Shown: positions 9,053-21,278 of the stretch, in pieces | Layout of the letters: the number at the start of each line of letters is the position of its first letter | How positions within the stretch are numbered: the first letter of the stretch is position 1 | NCBI GenBank assembly: GCA_017940575.1 | Contig: JAGAYJ010000001.1 | Coordinates: 1 to 52,144, forward strand | DNA: 52,144 bases | Direction: 5' to 3' | DNA from: Bacilli bacterium | GTDB taxonomy: Bacteria > Bacillota_I > Bacilli_A > RF39 > UBA660 | Notes under the pieces: generated by a model | Told to the model about the DNA's origin: nothing | Database searches by the model: none | What the model saw: the letters and a program-made list of their open reading frames with translations, nothing else | Translations under genes and position numbers: made by a program

Positions 9053-9073
9053 TTACAAAAAAATGTTTATAAT
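9045..9073 (+). promoter_or_regulatory. Sigma-A promoter for the Val T-box operon
   Basis: TTGACT-17bp-TATAAT. Confidence 0.75.
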
Positions 9074-9079
9074 TACATA

Positions 9080-9298
9080 AAAGGCATTGAACAAGAGGAG
9101 TAAAGTATAGTTTATTTAAAGAGAGTTAGTGGAAGGTGTGAACTAATAATAAATGTACTTGAAGGTAGCTTGGGAGCTTTATATCTGAGTTTAGTAAGAT
9201 ATAATGTTAGTCGCATTAAGACTTTAAGGGAGTTTAAACTCTAAATTAAGGTGGTACCACGTAAAATCACGTCCTTATATGGATTGTGATTTTTTTTG
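9080..9298 (+). promoter_or_regulatory. T-box riboswitch, Val specifier (GUA), transcriptional
   Basis: AGTA/GAA loop-E motif; GAGAG and GGTGTGAA apical motifs; specifier GAA-G-GTA-G (GTA at 9165-9167); T-box AAGGTGGTACCACG at 9248-9261; terminator AAAATCAC.GTCC/GGAT.GTGATTTTTTT. Confidence 0.92.
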
Positions 9299-9314
9299 AT
9301 TTTGGAGGTAAATT

Positions 9315-10027
9315 ATGAAAGATGTAATGAGAATTTTTAATGAATATGCAAAAACTTATGATTTAAAAGATAAAGCAATTATGAATAAATTTCATCATTC
9401 ATACCGAGTCATGGAATATAGTATTGAAATAGCTAAATCATTAAAGCTAAATGATGAAGATATTAGAGTTACAGCTATAGCAGGGTTATTTCATGACATT
9501 GCTAGATTTAAGCAATGGACAAAATATAAAACATTTATAGATTCTAAATCATTTGATCATGGAGATATTGGATATAAAATTTTAAAAGAAGAATTGATTG
9601 ATAAAATTGATTTAGATGAAGAAGAAAAAAACGTGGTTTTAAATGCTGTTAGATTTCATAATAAATATAGAATAGATGATAATTTATCACATATAGAGGA
9701 GACTATTACAAATATAGTTAGAGATGCTGATAAATTAGATATAATGACTGAACAAGGATTTATTACTAAAGAATACGAGATAAAAGATAGTTTAGTTAAT
9801 AATTTACTTGAACATAGGTTAATTAATAATAATTTAGTTGAAACAGATATGGATGAGTTATTTAGAATAATAGCATTCATATTTGATTTAAATTATAAAT
9901 ATTCCTACGATTATTTGTTAAAAAAACAAATAATCGAAAATAAAATTAATTTACTGGAAATATATGGAAATAAGGATTTGAAGTTTTTAGAAGAAGATTT
10001 AATTAAATATATGAAGGAGAGATTATA

Positions 10028-10028
<1 letters not shown>
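9315..10028 (+). CDS. HD-domain phosphohydrolase
   Basis: HHSYRV; GLFHDIARF; DHG; FHNK; RDADKLD. Confidence 0.9.
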
Positions 10029-12544
<2,516 letters not shown>

Positions 12545-12601
12545 GTTCCTTCTTTTTGTTTACACATAAAAATTAAAAAGTGTAAAATGTGTAAAATAGT
12601 G

Positions 12602-12630
12602 TTGACTAGTTTTTTTTAAAATGGTATATT
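12602..12630 (+). promoter_or_regulatory. Sigma-A promoter of pilin 1
   Basis: TTGACT-17bp-(TGG)TATATT. Confidence 0.6.
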
Positions 12631-12662
12631 TAGATTGTAAAATAATAGAGGAGGAAACAAAA

Positions 12663-13082
12663 ATGAAAAATAAAGGTTTTACACTAATTGAATTATTAGC
12701 AGTTATCGTAATTTTAGCTATTATCGCTTTAATCGCTACTCCAACAATCTTAGGTGTTGTTGAAACAGCTAGAAAAGGAGCAGCTGAATCATCAGTTTTA
12801 GGATATGTAGACGCTGTTGAAAAACAAGCAATGATTAATGAAATGGATGATGTTACTACAAATGATATTTCAGATGGTACATTTACAATTGCACAACTAG
12901 AAACTGCAAAAGTATCTGTTAAAGGACAAGCTCCAACTGCAGTTGTATCTGGAACTACTGGAACTCCAGCAGCTGATGGAACTTTAACTATTTCTGCAGG
13001 TGAAGTAGGAGATGCTAGATTTACACTTGGTAAATATACTGTTCAATATACTAAATCAACTGGTAAAGCAGTAGCTGAATAA
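12663..13082 (+). CDS. Type IV pilin/pseudopilin 1 (prepilin cleavage/methylation motif)
   Basis: MKNKG|FTLIELLAVIVILAIIALIA with Glu at +5; ATG 12663 after the SD GAGGAGG. Confidence 0.9.
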   Translation: MKNKGFTLIELLAVIVILAIIALIATPTILGVVETARKGAAESSVLGYVDAVEKQAMINEMDDVTTNDISDGTFTIAQLETAKVSVKGQAPTAVVSGTTGTPAADGTLTISAGEVGDARFTLGKYTVQYTKSTGKAVAE

Positions 13083-13114
13083 TTAATACGATAACAAAAA
13101 ACTGAAAAATCATT

Positions 13115-13142
13115 AAAGAATGTATAATTTACATTCTTTTTT
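13115..13142 (+). terminator. Terminator between the two pilins
   Basis: AAAGAATGTA / TACATTCTTT followed by a T-tract. Confidence 0.7.
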
Positions 13143-13171
13143 CTATAATAATAAATAGTCAAAAAAAGGAA

Positions 13172-13200
13172 TTGACTTAAAGTAAAAATAATGATATATT
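13172..13200 (+). promoter_or_regulatory. Sigma-A promoter of pilin 2
   Basis: TTGACT-17bp-(TGA)TATATT, the same boxes as the pilin 1 promoter. Confidence 0.6.
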
Positions 13201-13230
13201 TAAAATGTAAATACTAAAGGAGGGAATTGA

Positions 13231-13674
13231 ATGAAATCAAAAGGATTTACACTTATCGAATTACTTGCAGTTATCGTAATTTTAGCTATTATCGCTTTAA
13301 TTGCAACTCCAACAATCTTAGGTGTTGTTGAAACAGCTAGAAAAGGAGCAGCTGAATCATCAATTTTAGGATTTATTGACGCTGTTGAAAAACAAGTTAT
13401 GATCAATGAAATGGATGATGTAGCTACTAACAATGTTACTAATGGTACATATAATGTAACTGCAACTGGTATTCAAAATACTGAAGCTGGATCAACTAAC
13501 ATTGCAATTGGTGTTAAAGGTCAAAGACCTGATACTTCAACTTCACCATTTACAATTACTAATGGTGAAATTCAAGATTCAGTATTTAAATTAGGTAAAT
13601 ACTATGTAACTTACACTCAATCAACTGGTAAAGCAAGTGCATCTACAACTGCACCTACTACTCCAGGTGAATAA
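13231..13674 (+). CDS. Type IV pilin/pseudopilin 2
   Basis: MKSKG|FTLIELLAVIVILAIIALIA; terminator AAAACTGAC/GTCAGTTTT at 13701-13723. Confidence 0.9.
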   Translation: MKSKGFTLIELLAVIVILAIIALIATPTILGVVETARKGAAESSILGFIDAVEKQVMINEMDDVATNNVTNGTYNVTATGIQNTEAGSTNIAIGVKGQRPDTSTSPFTITNGEIQDSVFKLGKYYVTYTQSTGKASASTTAPTTPGE

Positions 13675-13770
13675 TTCGATAATTAAAAATTTATTTGATT
13701 AAAACTGACTATTGTCAGTTTTTCTTTTTATATAATATTCTTTATGTTATAATTAATTAGGTGATGATTG

Positions 13771-14463
13771 ATGTTTGAAAGATTAAAATTACAAATAAAA
13801 GATTCTAATTTAGATAAAATAAAAAATACAACTGTTTTAGTAATAGGACTAGGTGGAGTAGGTAGTTATGCAGTTGAATCTCTTACTAGATCTGGAATAA
13901 GTAGATTAATTATAATTGATAATGATAAGATTGATATAACAAATTTAAATAGACAATTAATGACTTTTCATTCAAATATAGGTATGAATAAAACTGATGT
14001 GTGGGAGTCTAGAATTAAAGATATAAATCCTGATTGTGAAGTAATAAAAATAACTGATTTTATAACTAAAGATAATATAGATATAATATCAAATTATAAG
14101 ATTGATTATATAGTAGATGCATGTGATACTATTGAAACTAAAAAAGAACTTATTAGATATGCAATAAAAAATAACATAAAAATAATATCATCTATGGGAA
14201 CAGGTAATAAATTAGATCCTTCTAAATTAAAAATAATGGATATTAAAAAAACATCATATGATCCAATAGCTAAAATATTAAGAAAAATGGTGCGTGATGA
14301 GAGAATAAAGGTAAAAATACCTGTTATATGTAGTAGTGAGACATCAATTAAAACTAATGGTAAAACGATATCATCTAATTCATTTGTACCTGCAACTGCT
14401 GGCTTATTAATTACAAGCTACATAATAAATGATATTATAGATAAGGAGATTATTTATGAATAG
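13771..14463 (+). CDS. tcdA: tRNA threonylcarbamoyladenosine dehydratase (ThiF/E1-like family)
   Basis: VLVIGLGGVGSYAVESL; TNLNRQ; DACD; SSMGTGNKLDP; FVPATAGL. Confidence 0.85.
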   Translation: MFERLKLQIKDSNLDKIKNTTVLVIGLGGVGSYAVESLTRSGISRLIIIDNDKIDITNLNRQLMTFHSNIGMNKTDVWESRIKDINPDCEVIKITDFITKDNIDIISNYKIDYIVDACDTIETKKELIRYAIKNNIKIISSMGTGNKLDPSKLKIMDIKKTSYDPIAKILRKMVRDERIKVKIPVICSSETSIKTNGKTISSNSFVPATAGLLITSYIINDIIDKEIIYE

Positions 14464-14968
14464 TATTGATACATTAAAAAAAGAAATTAAAGTATTTTCT
14501 GGTAATGTACTTGGTATAGGTGATATAAATGATGAATTAGTTAAAAAACTTAATGATAATGAAGCAATTTATGAATTAAATATATTAAGTAATAAATCAT
14601 ATACTATAGGAAATGCCTCAGGTAAGGGTAAAAAAATATCTATAAGAAATTTAAAAAAAATGAAGAAAAAGCAAGTCAATTATTTATTGGTTGATTATGA
14701 TAAAATAGATGAATATATAAACACATTTATTAAAGACAGTATATATATAACACATGATTACATATATTTTGTTACAAATAATAAAAGAATAAAAAAACTA
14801 TATAATCGTTATAATGTTGATATAAGTGAGATTAAATGCAGTGATAAAACTATTTATATAATTAATACTAAACGAGCTAAAAATAATGCTTTTAAGGAAT
14901 TTTTCTATAGTATTTATGACTATATAACTCGTATAATTGATATAATTACGAATCTGTTACTTAGTTAA
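14456..14968 (+). CDS. Hypothetical protein
   Basis: Long ORF overlapping the tcdA stop; no motif recognised. Confidence 0.65.
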   Translation: MNSIDTLKKEIKVFSGNVLGIGDINDELVKKLNDNEAIYELNILSNKSYTIGNASGKGKKISIRNLKKMKKKQVNYLLVDYDKIDEYINTFIKDSIYITHDYIYFVTNNKRIKKLYNRYNVDISEIKCSDKTIYIINTKRAKNNAFKEFFYSIYDYITRIIDIITNLLLS

Positions 14969-15031
14969 ATATTATTTGACTAAATAAGTGTGTTATATTA
15001 TAATTTATATAGTAAGAAGGGATTTGGTAAC

Positions 15032-16660
15032 ATGAATAATAAGGGGTTTGCTATATCTGGTATACTTTATAGTATCTTAGTGTTATTTCTTGTTCTTATA
15101 TCTCTTTTTCTATTTAGTATTCAAAATAAAAAACGTATTTTAGATACTTTAAAAAATGATGCCTTAAAAAGTATAGAAGGTGTTTTATCAGAAAATGATC
15201 AATTAACATTTACACTTATGAAAGATAATGAAATAATCTATAAAGACTCTATTACACGTGATTATTTTAATTATAATATTGAACAAAATGATATAACAAA
15301 TATAAGTTGTAATAATAAAGCAATTCCAAGTTATTCAAATTCAGTATTAACAGTTAATAATATAACTAAAAATACTACTTGTATATTAAGTAGTTCAATA
15401 AATTATACATTTGATAATTTGGGTGCAAGTGAAACTAATATATTAATGATTAATGATGAAAAAATAACAAAAACTTTAGACATAGAATCTGATAAAAAAG
15501 TTAAATTTAATTTGAATGGTAAAAATGTGGAAATTTATAATCCTAATGATTTAAATGAAGAAACGAAAACATGGAATGGTAATTATACATTATTTATTGT
15601 GGCTGGACAATTAACTATAAATGATGATGGAAATCATGGAAACTTAATATCATATATTGGCTCTCCTGTAATAAATGTAATTGATGCTGGAAAAGTTGTA
15701 ATAAATGGAGGTATATATAATGGTAGAAACACAGTTCAACATTATGGTGATATAGAGGGTAATTATTTTATAATTAATGATGGTATTTTTACTTCTAAAT
15801 TGTATTCTATTATATATTTAAATACTGATGAGGCATTTGCTAAAATAAATGGTGGTCATTTTGAGGTTGATAATAGTACTGCAACTGCTGTATCAAATGA
15901 TAAAGGAACCATTGTAATTAATGATGGATATTTCAAAGCAAAAGTTAGATCAGTTTTAAATATGAATGGAACTATGACAATAAATGATGGTTATTATTTG
16001 AGTACTAATAATTATACTATTGGTGAAACTGGTAGTGGAACTATGACAATAAATGGTGGTGTATTTATAAGTGATGTTCATAGTGCAATAAATAACGTAT
16101 CAACAGGAACAATTAATATATCTCAAACAAATAAACCTATATATGTATCTTCAAAAGCTATTAATACATCTAATTCTAATCCGGCAATTAGAAACACTTC
16201 AACAGGAACTATAAATATAAAGTCAAATACAGCTAATAATTGTACAAATAATGCTAGTGATACTACAAGTGGTTTATGTGTTTATGCAGAAGGAGATAAA
16301 AATTATTCTGATGTTTCTGCAAATTTAGCTCTACAAAATGCAGCTAGTGGTAACGTTAATATAAATGGTGGAACATTCTATGGAGGGCATCAAGCAATCA
16401 ACAATAATTCAAGTGGTGTAATCAAAATAACAAATGCCCAAATTCTTTCTGGAAATAGAGGAATAAATAATTATAATAATGGAACTGTTAATATTTGTAA
16501 TTCTACAATAAATGCTACTACTGTAGATTTAAGAAATACTTTAGAAGGCGTGATAAATTATAATGCTAATATGATTTTTACAAATGGAACAAATACTCCT
16601 ACAGTATATAATCCAAATGGTACTATAAATGCTAATTATTCTGGGACTTGTGAAGCATAG
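15032..16660 (+). CDS. Pilin-like (class III signal, no E5) surface protein with a right-handed beta-helix-like repeat region
   Basis: MNNKG|FAISGILYSILVLFLVLISLFLF; repeated INGG/INDG/TGTINI units; ATG 15032. Confidence 0.7.
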   Translation: MNNKGFAISGILYSILVLFLVLISLFLFSIQNKKRILDTLKNDALKSIEGVLSENDQLTFTLMKDNEIIYKDSITRDYFNYNIEQNDITNISCNNKAIPSYSNSVLTVNNITKNTTCILSSSINYTFDNLGASETNILMINDEKITKTLDIESDKKVKFNLNGKNVEIYNPNDLNEETKTWNGNYTLFIVAGQLTINDDGNHGNLISYIGSPVINVIDAGKVVINGGIYNGRNTVQHYGDIEGNYFIINDGIFTSKLYSIIYLNTDEAFAKINGGHFEVDNSTATAVSNDKGTIVINDGYFKAKVRSVLNMNGTMTINDGYYLSTNNYTIGETGSGTMTINGGVFISDVHSAINNVSTGTINISQTNKPIYVSSKAINTSNSNPAIRNTSTGTINIKSNTANNCTNNASDTTSGLCVYAEGDKNYSDVSANLALQNAASGNVNINGGTFYGGHQAINNNSSGVIKITNAQILSGNRGINNYNNGTVNICNSTINATTVDLRNTLEGVINYNANMIFTNGTNTPTVYNPNGTINANYSGTCEA

Positions 16661-16710
16661 GTATTTACTATATTTGTAAATTAGTTTAAAATATATAAAG
16701 AGGTGATTTT

Positions 16711-17049
16711 ATGAGCATCAAGATTGATAGAATAGGAAGCCAAATGACAAAAGAAATTAGCTATATCTTAGCTAATGAAGTAAAAGATCAAGACTTAAAA
16801 TTTGTAACTATAACTGATTGTAGAGTGACAAATGATTTAAGTTATGCTAAAGTATATTATACAATTTTAGATGAAAATAAAATTGAAGCTTCTAAAAAAG
16901 CATTTAAAGATGCTAAAGGTTTTATTAGAAGAGAATTAACTAAACGTATGGATATAAGACATACGCCAGAGTTGGAATTCATTTATGATGAGTCAATTGA
17001 ATATGGAAAAAAAATAGAAGATATGATTAAGGAGTTACATGAACATTAA
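16711..17049 (+). CDS. rbfA: Ribosome-binding factor A
   Basis: VTITDCRVTNDLSYAKVYY; GFIRRELTKRMDIRHTPELEFIYDES. Confidence 0.93.
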   Translation: MSIKIDRIGSQMTKEISYILANEVKDQDLKFVTITDCRVTNDLSYAKVYYTILDENKIEASKKAFKDAKGFIRRELTKRMDIRHTPELEFIYDESIEYGKKIEDMIKELHEH

Positions 17050-17281
17050 TTATATTAAAGATGTAGAGAGAATTGATGAAATCTTAAGTGAAAAGAAAAG
17101 TAAAGAAGAATTATTAAATAATAAAGAAGAAAAAAAATATAAAGAAGATTTTGATTCTTTATTAGAACAAGAAAAAGCAAAGTTAATTAAAACTCGTAAA
17201 GAAATAAAAATAAGACAATTAAAAGGTCAAAAAGAATACTTTGAACTTTTAAGTCAAAATAAAATAACAAAGATCAGATAA
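17039..17281 (+). CDS. Hypothetical charged protein
   Basis: SD AAGGAG, overlaps the rbfA stop; no motif recognised. Confidence 0.5.
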   Translation: MNINYIKDVERIDEILSEKKSKEELLNNKEEKKYKEDFDSLLEQEKAKLIKTRKEIKIRQLKGQKEYFELLSQNKITKIR

Positions 17282-17476
17282 ATAGTATTAATTTAAGCGG
17301 AATTAAGAGAATTAGTGGTTGGTGCAAACTAATCAAACTTAAATTTAAGAATTACAAATCTAGGAGTTATATCGTATGCTTGCGTTAAAAGCAAAAAGAA
17401 GCATAAACATTATGAAATAAGGTGGTACCGCGGATTTATTCGTCCTTATATATAATGTTTTTTTGCGTATAGGAGG
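17272..17476 (+). promoter_or_regulatory. T-box riboswitch, Tyr specifier (UAC), with an atypical expression platform
   Basis: AGTA (17284-17287)/GAA loop-E; AGAGA and GGTGCAA motifs; specifier GAA-T-TAC-A (TAC at 17353-17355); T-box AAGGTGGTACCGCG at 17419-17432; tyrS is the third downstream gene. Confidence 0.9.
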
Positions 17477-17480
17477 TTTC

Positions 17481-18107
17481 ATGATAAAAAAGCTAATATT
17501 TGATATAGATAATACGTTAATAATGTGGCAGGATAAATATATTAATGCGATGAAAGAAACAGTATCAGAATATAATTTAAATGTTGATTATTTAAAACTT
17601 CATAATTTAGTTGAGACATATGAAGAATATTACAATATATATTCAAAAGAGAATATGATTAATCTATTTAATAAAAAGCTTAATTTAAACTTAGATATGT
17701 CATTTATGAATAGTTGGCTTGATAAATTAGGACATATGGTTGATATTGATGAAAATGTTATAGATACTTTAAAATATTTAAGTCAAAAGTATGAAATAGT
17801 TGTACTTACAAATTTTTTTACTGATGTTCAAATTGAAAGACTCAAAAATGCTGGATTATATCAATATATAACTAAAGTCTATGGTGGTGAAATATATATT
17901 AAGCCTTCAATTGAAAGTTTTAAAATGGCTTTAGGTGATACTAAAACAGATGAAGCTATAATGATAGGAGATAATATAGAGGTCGATATAAAAGGCGCAA
18001 TGAATGCTGGAATAAGACCTATATTTGTTGATTTAAAAGATAATACTGATGGTTGTACTTTCTGTACAACAATTAAACAAATTAAAGATTTAAAGGAGAT
18101 GTTATAA
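17481..18107 (+). CDS. HAD-superfamily hydrolase
   Basis: LIFDIDNTL; LTN; KP; MIGDNIEVDIKGAMNAG; ATG 17481 after AGGAGG. Confidence 0.9.
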   Translation: MIKKLIFDIDNTLIMWQDKYINAMKETVSEYNLNVDYLKLHNLVETYEEYYNIYSKENMINLFNKKLNLNLDMSFMNSWLDKLGHMVDIDENVIDTLKYLSQKYEIVVLTNFFTDVQIERLKNAGLYQYITKVYGGEIYIKPSIESFKMALGDTKTDEAIMIGDNIEVDIKGAMNAGIRPIFVDLKDNTDGCTFCTTIKQIKDLKEML

Positions 18108-18754
18108 TGGAGTTAAATAAATATATAGAACACACAAATTTAAAAGCAAATGCAAAAGAAGAAGATATAATAAAACTATGTCATGAAGCCATGGAATATA
18201 ATTTTCAAGCAGTTGTTGTTAATCCTCATTATATTACTTTAGCAAAAGATATACTTAAAGACACAAATATACAAGTTGTAACTGTTATAGGTTTTCCACT
18301 TGGTGCTAATACAACAGAGGTTAAAGTATATGAGGCAATAGATGCAATTGAAAAAGGCGCTGATGAAATAGATATGGTTGCAAATATAGGAGCAATTAAG
18401 GATAAAGACTTTGAATATGTTAAAAAAGAGATTACTGATGTCTTTTATAGTTTAGATGGTAAACCTTTAAAGGTTATTATAGAGACTTGTTATTTAACTG
18501 ATGATGAGATAAAAGAAATGACTAAAATATGTAATGAATGTTTTGTAAACTATATAAAAACATCAACTGGTTTTGGTACTAGAGGAGCAAGTATAGAAGA
18601 CATTGATATAATAAATTCTGTTAAATCAGATATACTTGAAGTGAAAGCAAGTGGTGGCATCAGAGATTATGATACAGCGATTAATTTTATTAATAAAGGC
18701 GTAACTAGAATTGGGACTTCAAATGGTGTAGAAATTATGAGAGGTGATAAATAA
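18107..18754 (+). CDS. deoC: Deoxyribose-phosphate aldolase
   Basis: IEHTNLK; VIGFPLGA; GADEIDMV; KVIIET; IKTSTGF; VKASGGIR; RIGTS. Confidence 0.95.
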   Translation: MELNKYIEHTNLKANAKEEDIIKLCHEAMEYNFQAVVVNPHYITLAKDILKDTNIQVVTVIGFPLGANTTEVKVYEAIDAIEKGADEIDMVANIGAIKDKDFEYVKKEITDVFYSLDGKPLKVIIETCYLTDDEIKEMTKICNECFVNYIKTSTGFGTRGASIEDIDIINSVKSDILEVKASGGIRDYDTAINFINKGVTRIGTSNGVEIMRGDK

Positions 18755-19977
18755 TGAAATTATATGATGATTTAAAATGGAGAGGGCTTATTAAAGATAT
18801 AAGTTCACCTGAATTAGAAAAAAAATTAAATGAGGAATCTTTAACATTTTATATTGGAACAGATCCAACAGCTGATTCAATGCATATAGGACATTTTTCA
18901 AGCTTTTTAATAGCAACAAGACTTGCACGTGCAGGACATAAGCCAATTCTTTTAATAGGTGGAGCAACTGGACTAATAGGGGACCCTAAACCATCTAATG
19001 AGCGACCTATGATAACTAAAGAACAAGTTGAACATAATGTTGAGGGATTAACTCATCAAGCACGTGATATATTTGGATTTGAAGTTGTAAATAACTATGA
19101 TTGGATTAGTAAAATTAATACAATCGATTTTTTAAGAGATTATGGAAAATATATAAATGTAAATTATATGTTAGATAAAGATATAATATCTAGAAGATTA
19201 GAGTCTGGTATTACATTCTGTGAATTTGCTTATACTATTTTACAAGGACTAGATTTCTTACATTTATATCATGATAAAGGAGTAACATTAGAAGTGGCTG
19301 GTTCTGATCAATGGGGAAATATTACAACTGGAATAGAACTTGCTCGTAAAAAAGATAATGTAGAGTTATATGGTATGACAATGCCTCTTGTATTAGACGC
19401 AAATGGTGTTAAATTTGGAAAAACTGAGGGTAATGCTTTATGGCTAGATAAAAATAAAACATCATCATATGAACTATATCAATATTTAATTAATAGTGAT
19501 GATTCATGTGTTATTGATTACTTAAAAAAACTTACATTCTTAACTAAAGAAGAAATTGAAGAAATTGAAGAAAAACATAAATTACATCCAGAAGATAGAC
19601 TTGCTCAAAAAACACTTGCTCGTGAAGTAATAACATTCTTACATGGAATAGATGAATATAATAAAGCGGTTAAAATATCTGAAGTATTATTTAGCGGCAA
19701 TATAAAAGAGTTATCTTATAATGAACTAAAAGACGCATTTAAAGATGTTCCTAACTTTAAATTAGAAGAATCTACACTTATTGATACTCTTGTAAATAAT
19801 AATGTTGTATCTAGTAGAAGAGAAGCAAGAGAATTTTTAAGTGCTGGTTCAATAAGTGTAAATGGTGATAAAGTAGATGATGAGACTATGATGATTACTA
19901 AAGATATAGCTATTGAAAATAAAATGGTTGTAATTAAACGTGGTAAGAAAAAATACTTTGTAGGTTTCTTCGAATAA
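18754..19977 (+). CDS. tyrS: Tyrosine--tRNA ligase
   Basis: YIGTDPTADSMHIGH; GGATGLIGDP; GSDQWGNI; KFGKTEG; C-terminal S4-like domain. Confidence 0.97.
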   Translation: MKLYDDLKWRGLIKDISSPELEKKLNEESLTFYIGTDPTADSMHIGHFSSFLIATRLARAGHKPILLIGGATGLIGDPKPSNERPMITKEQVEHNVEGLTHQARDIFGFEVVNNYDWISKINTIDFLRDYGKYINVNYMLDKDIISRRLESGITFCEFAYTILQGLDFLHLYHDKGVTLEVAGSDQWGNITTGIELARKKDNVELYGMTMPLVLDANGVKFGKTEGNALWLDKNKTSSYELYQYLINSDDSCVIDYLKKLTFLTKEEIEEIEEKHKLHPEDRLAQKTLAREVITFLHGIDEYNKAVKISEVLFSGNIKELSYNELKDAFKDVPNFKLEESTLIDTLVNNNVVSSRREAREFLSAGSISVNGDKVDDETMMITKDIAIENKMVVIKRGKKKYFVGFFE

Positions 19978-20061
19978 AAAAGGAATTATATTTCCTTTTT
20001 TTTTAAAATTTTATACTTGAATATTTTTAAAATATATTATATTATTATAGTAGGTGATGAT

Positions 20062-20472
20062 ATGAAAAAAGTAACAATTATTTTAACAAGTTTAGTTTTA
20101 TTATTTACATTAACAGGCTGTGGTAAAAAAAGTGACGATACTAAAAATACGAAAAATAATAATACAAAAAATGAACAAAGTACAAATGTGACTTTTGAAA
20201 AGCAAACAATAGGTGATGTAACATTTGATAGTTTTGCAGTTACAAAGGATAGTAATGGTGTTCAGGTAATATTTTTTAGTATTGTAAATGAGACTGATAA
20301 AGAAGTTGAAGTTAAAACTGTTAATATAAAACTATTAAGTGGTGGTGCTACTGTATTAACTTTAAAAGAAGAAATTAATAGTACTTTAAATCCTGGTGAT
20401 ACAATTGATATTTCTGAAAATATAGATGTAGCGCTAGATAATGTTGATAAAGTAGAATATACATTAGAGTAA
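20062..20472 (+). CDS. Lipoprotein of unknown function
   Basis: MKKVTIILTSLVLLFTLTG|C lipobox; ATG 20062 after AGGTGA. Confidence 0.8.
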   Translation: MKKVTIILTSLVLLFTLTGCGKKSDDTKNTKNNNTKNEQSTNVTFEKQTIGDVTFDSFAVTKDSNGVQVIFFSIVNETDKEVEVKTVNIKLLSGGATVLTLKEEINSTLNPGDTIDISENIDVALDNVDKVEYTLE

Positions 20473-20516
20473 TTGAATTACTCTTTTTTTGTATAAAAAA
20501 AACAGATAAGTTAATC

Positions 20517-21116
20517 TTATCTGTTGTAGAAATCAACGATTAATGATTCATTTATATTAGCATTAAGTTCGCTTCTTTCAGGTAGTCTAACAAAAGTTCC
20601 TTGTGCTTTTTTGTCATCAAATGTAACAAATTCAACACGATTAGTACAAGCTTCTAAAGCTGCTTTAACAGCAGGATGATTAGCTGATTGTTCTTTTAAT
20701 CCAATTACATCTCCAACTTTAACTCTGTATGATGGAATATTAACTTTAGAACCATTTACAGTTATATGTCCGTGGTTAACTAATTGTCTTGCAGCTCTTC
20801 TTGTAGTTGCAAATCCCATTCTATATACTAAGTTGTCTAATCTAGATTCTAGTAATTTAAGGAAGTTTTCACCATGAACACCTTTCATTTTACCAGCATC
20901 AGCAAAAACTCTTTTTAATTGTTTTTCACTTAATCCATACATAAATCTTACTTTTTGTTTTTCTTGTAATTGCATTCCATAATCAGAAACTTTTTTACGA
21001 CTAGCTCCGTGTTGACCTGGAGCATAAGGTTTTCTTACTAATTCTTTTCCGTTTTCTAATGTAGAAAATCCAAGTCTTCTTGATTTTCTATAAGCAGAAC
21101 CAGTATATCTTGACAT
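20517..21116 (-). CDS. rpsD: 30S ribosomal protein S4
   Basis: MSRYTG; PYAPGQHG; [12 protein letters not shown]; [11 protein letters not shown]; [10 protein letters not shown]. Confidence 0.98.
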   Translation of the reverse strand: MSRYTGSAYRKSRRLGFSTLENGKELVRKPYAPGQHGASRKKVSDYGMQLQEKQKVRFMYGLSEKQLKRVFADAGKMKGVHGENFLKLLESRLDNLVYRMGFATTRRAARQLVNHGHITVNGSKVNIPSYRVKVGDVIGLKEQSANHPAVKAALEACTNRVEFVTFDDKKAQGTFVRLPERSELNANINESLIVDFYNR

Positions 21117-21278
21117 ATATATCCCTCAGTCTTTCTAGCGAAACATCAGGGCTTTTGTCTTTTTATATATTAGGGTGTTTACTCAAATATCTTCGCTTTC
21201 TAGCATAAGTTACACAATAACCCGATTTGGTAATAAACACATTAATATCATCAAAGACTGCTGCTAGATGAATACGCA
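21117..21278 (-). promoter_or_regulatory. Structured rpsD 5' leader (probable S4 autoregulatory element) with a sigma-A promoter at 21312-21285
   Basis: Minus strand: TTGACT-16-TGgTATAAT. The leader has GUGUUUAU/GUAAACAC pairing, GUGUAACU, and a CAGUCUUU/AAAGACUG helix abutting the SD. It resembles the Bacillus-type rpsD leader. Confidence 0.55.

Larger units (their letters stand above)
12699..13362 (+). repeat. Direct repeat between the pilin genes: 12699-12794 vs 13267-13362 (96 nt, 2 differences)
   Basis: Codons 13-44 are nearly identical at DNA level; codons 26-44 (57 nt) are identical. Confidence 0.9.

Noticed and set aside
13200-13433. Minus ORF across pilin 2
   Set aside because: Shadow of the pilin coding sequence.
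12663-13674. Silent pilin cassette or invertible shufflon
   Set aside because: Both genes have a promoter, SD and start codon and are in direct orientation; no inverted recombination sites or invertase are nearby.
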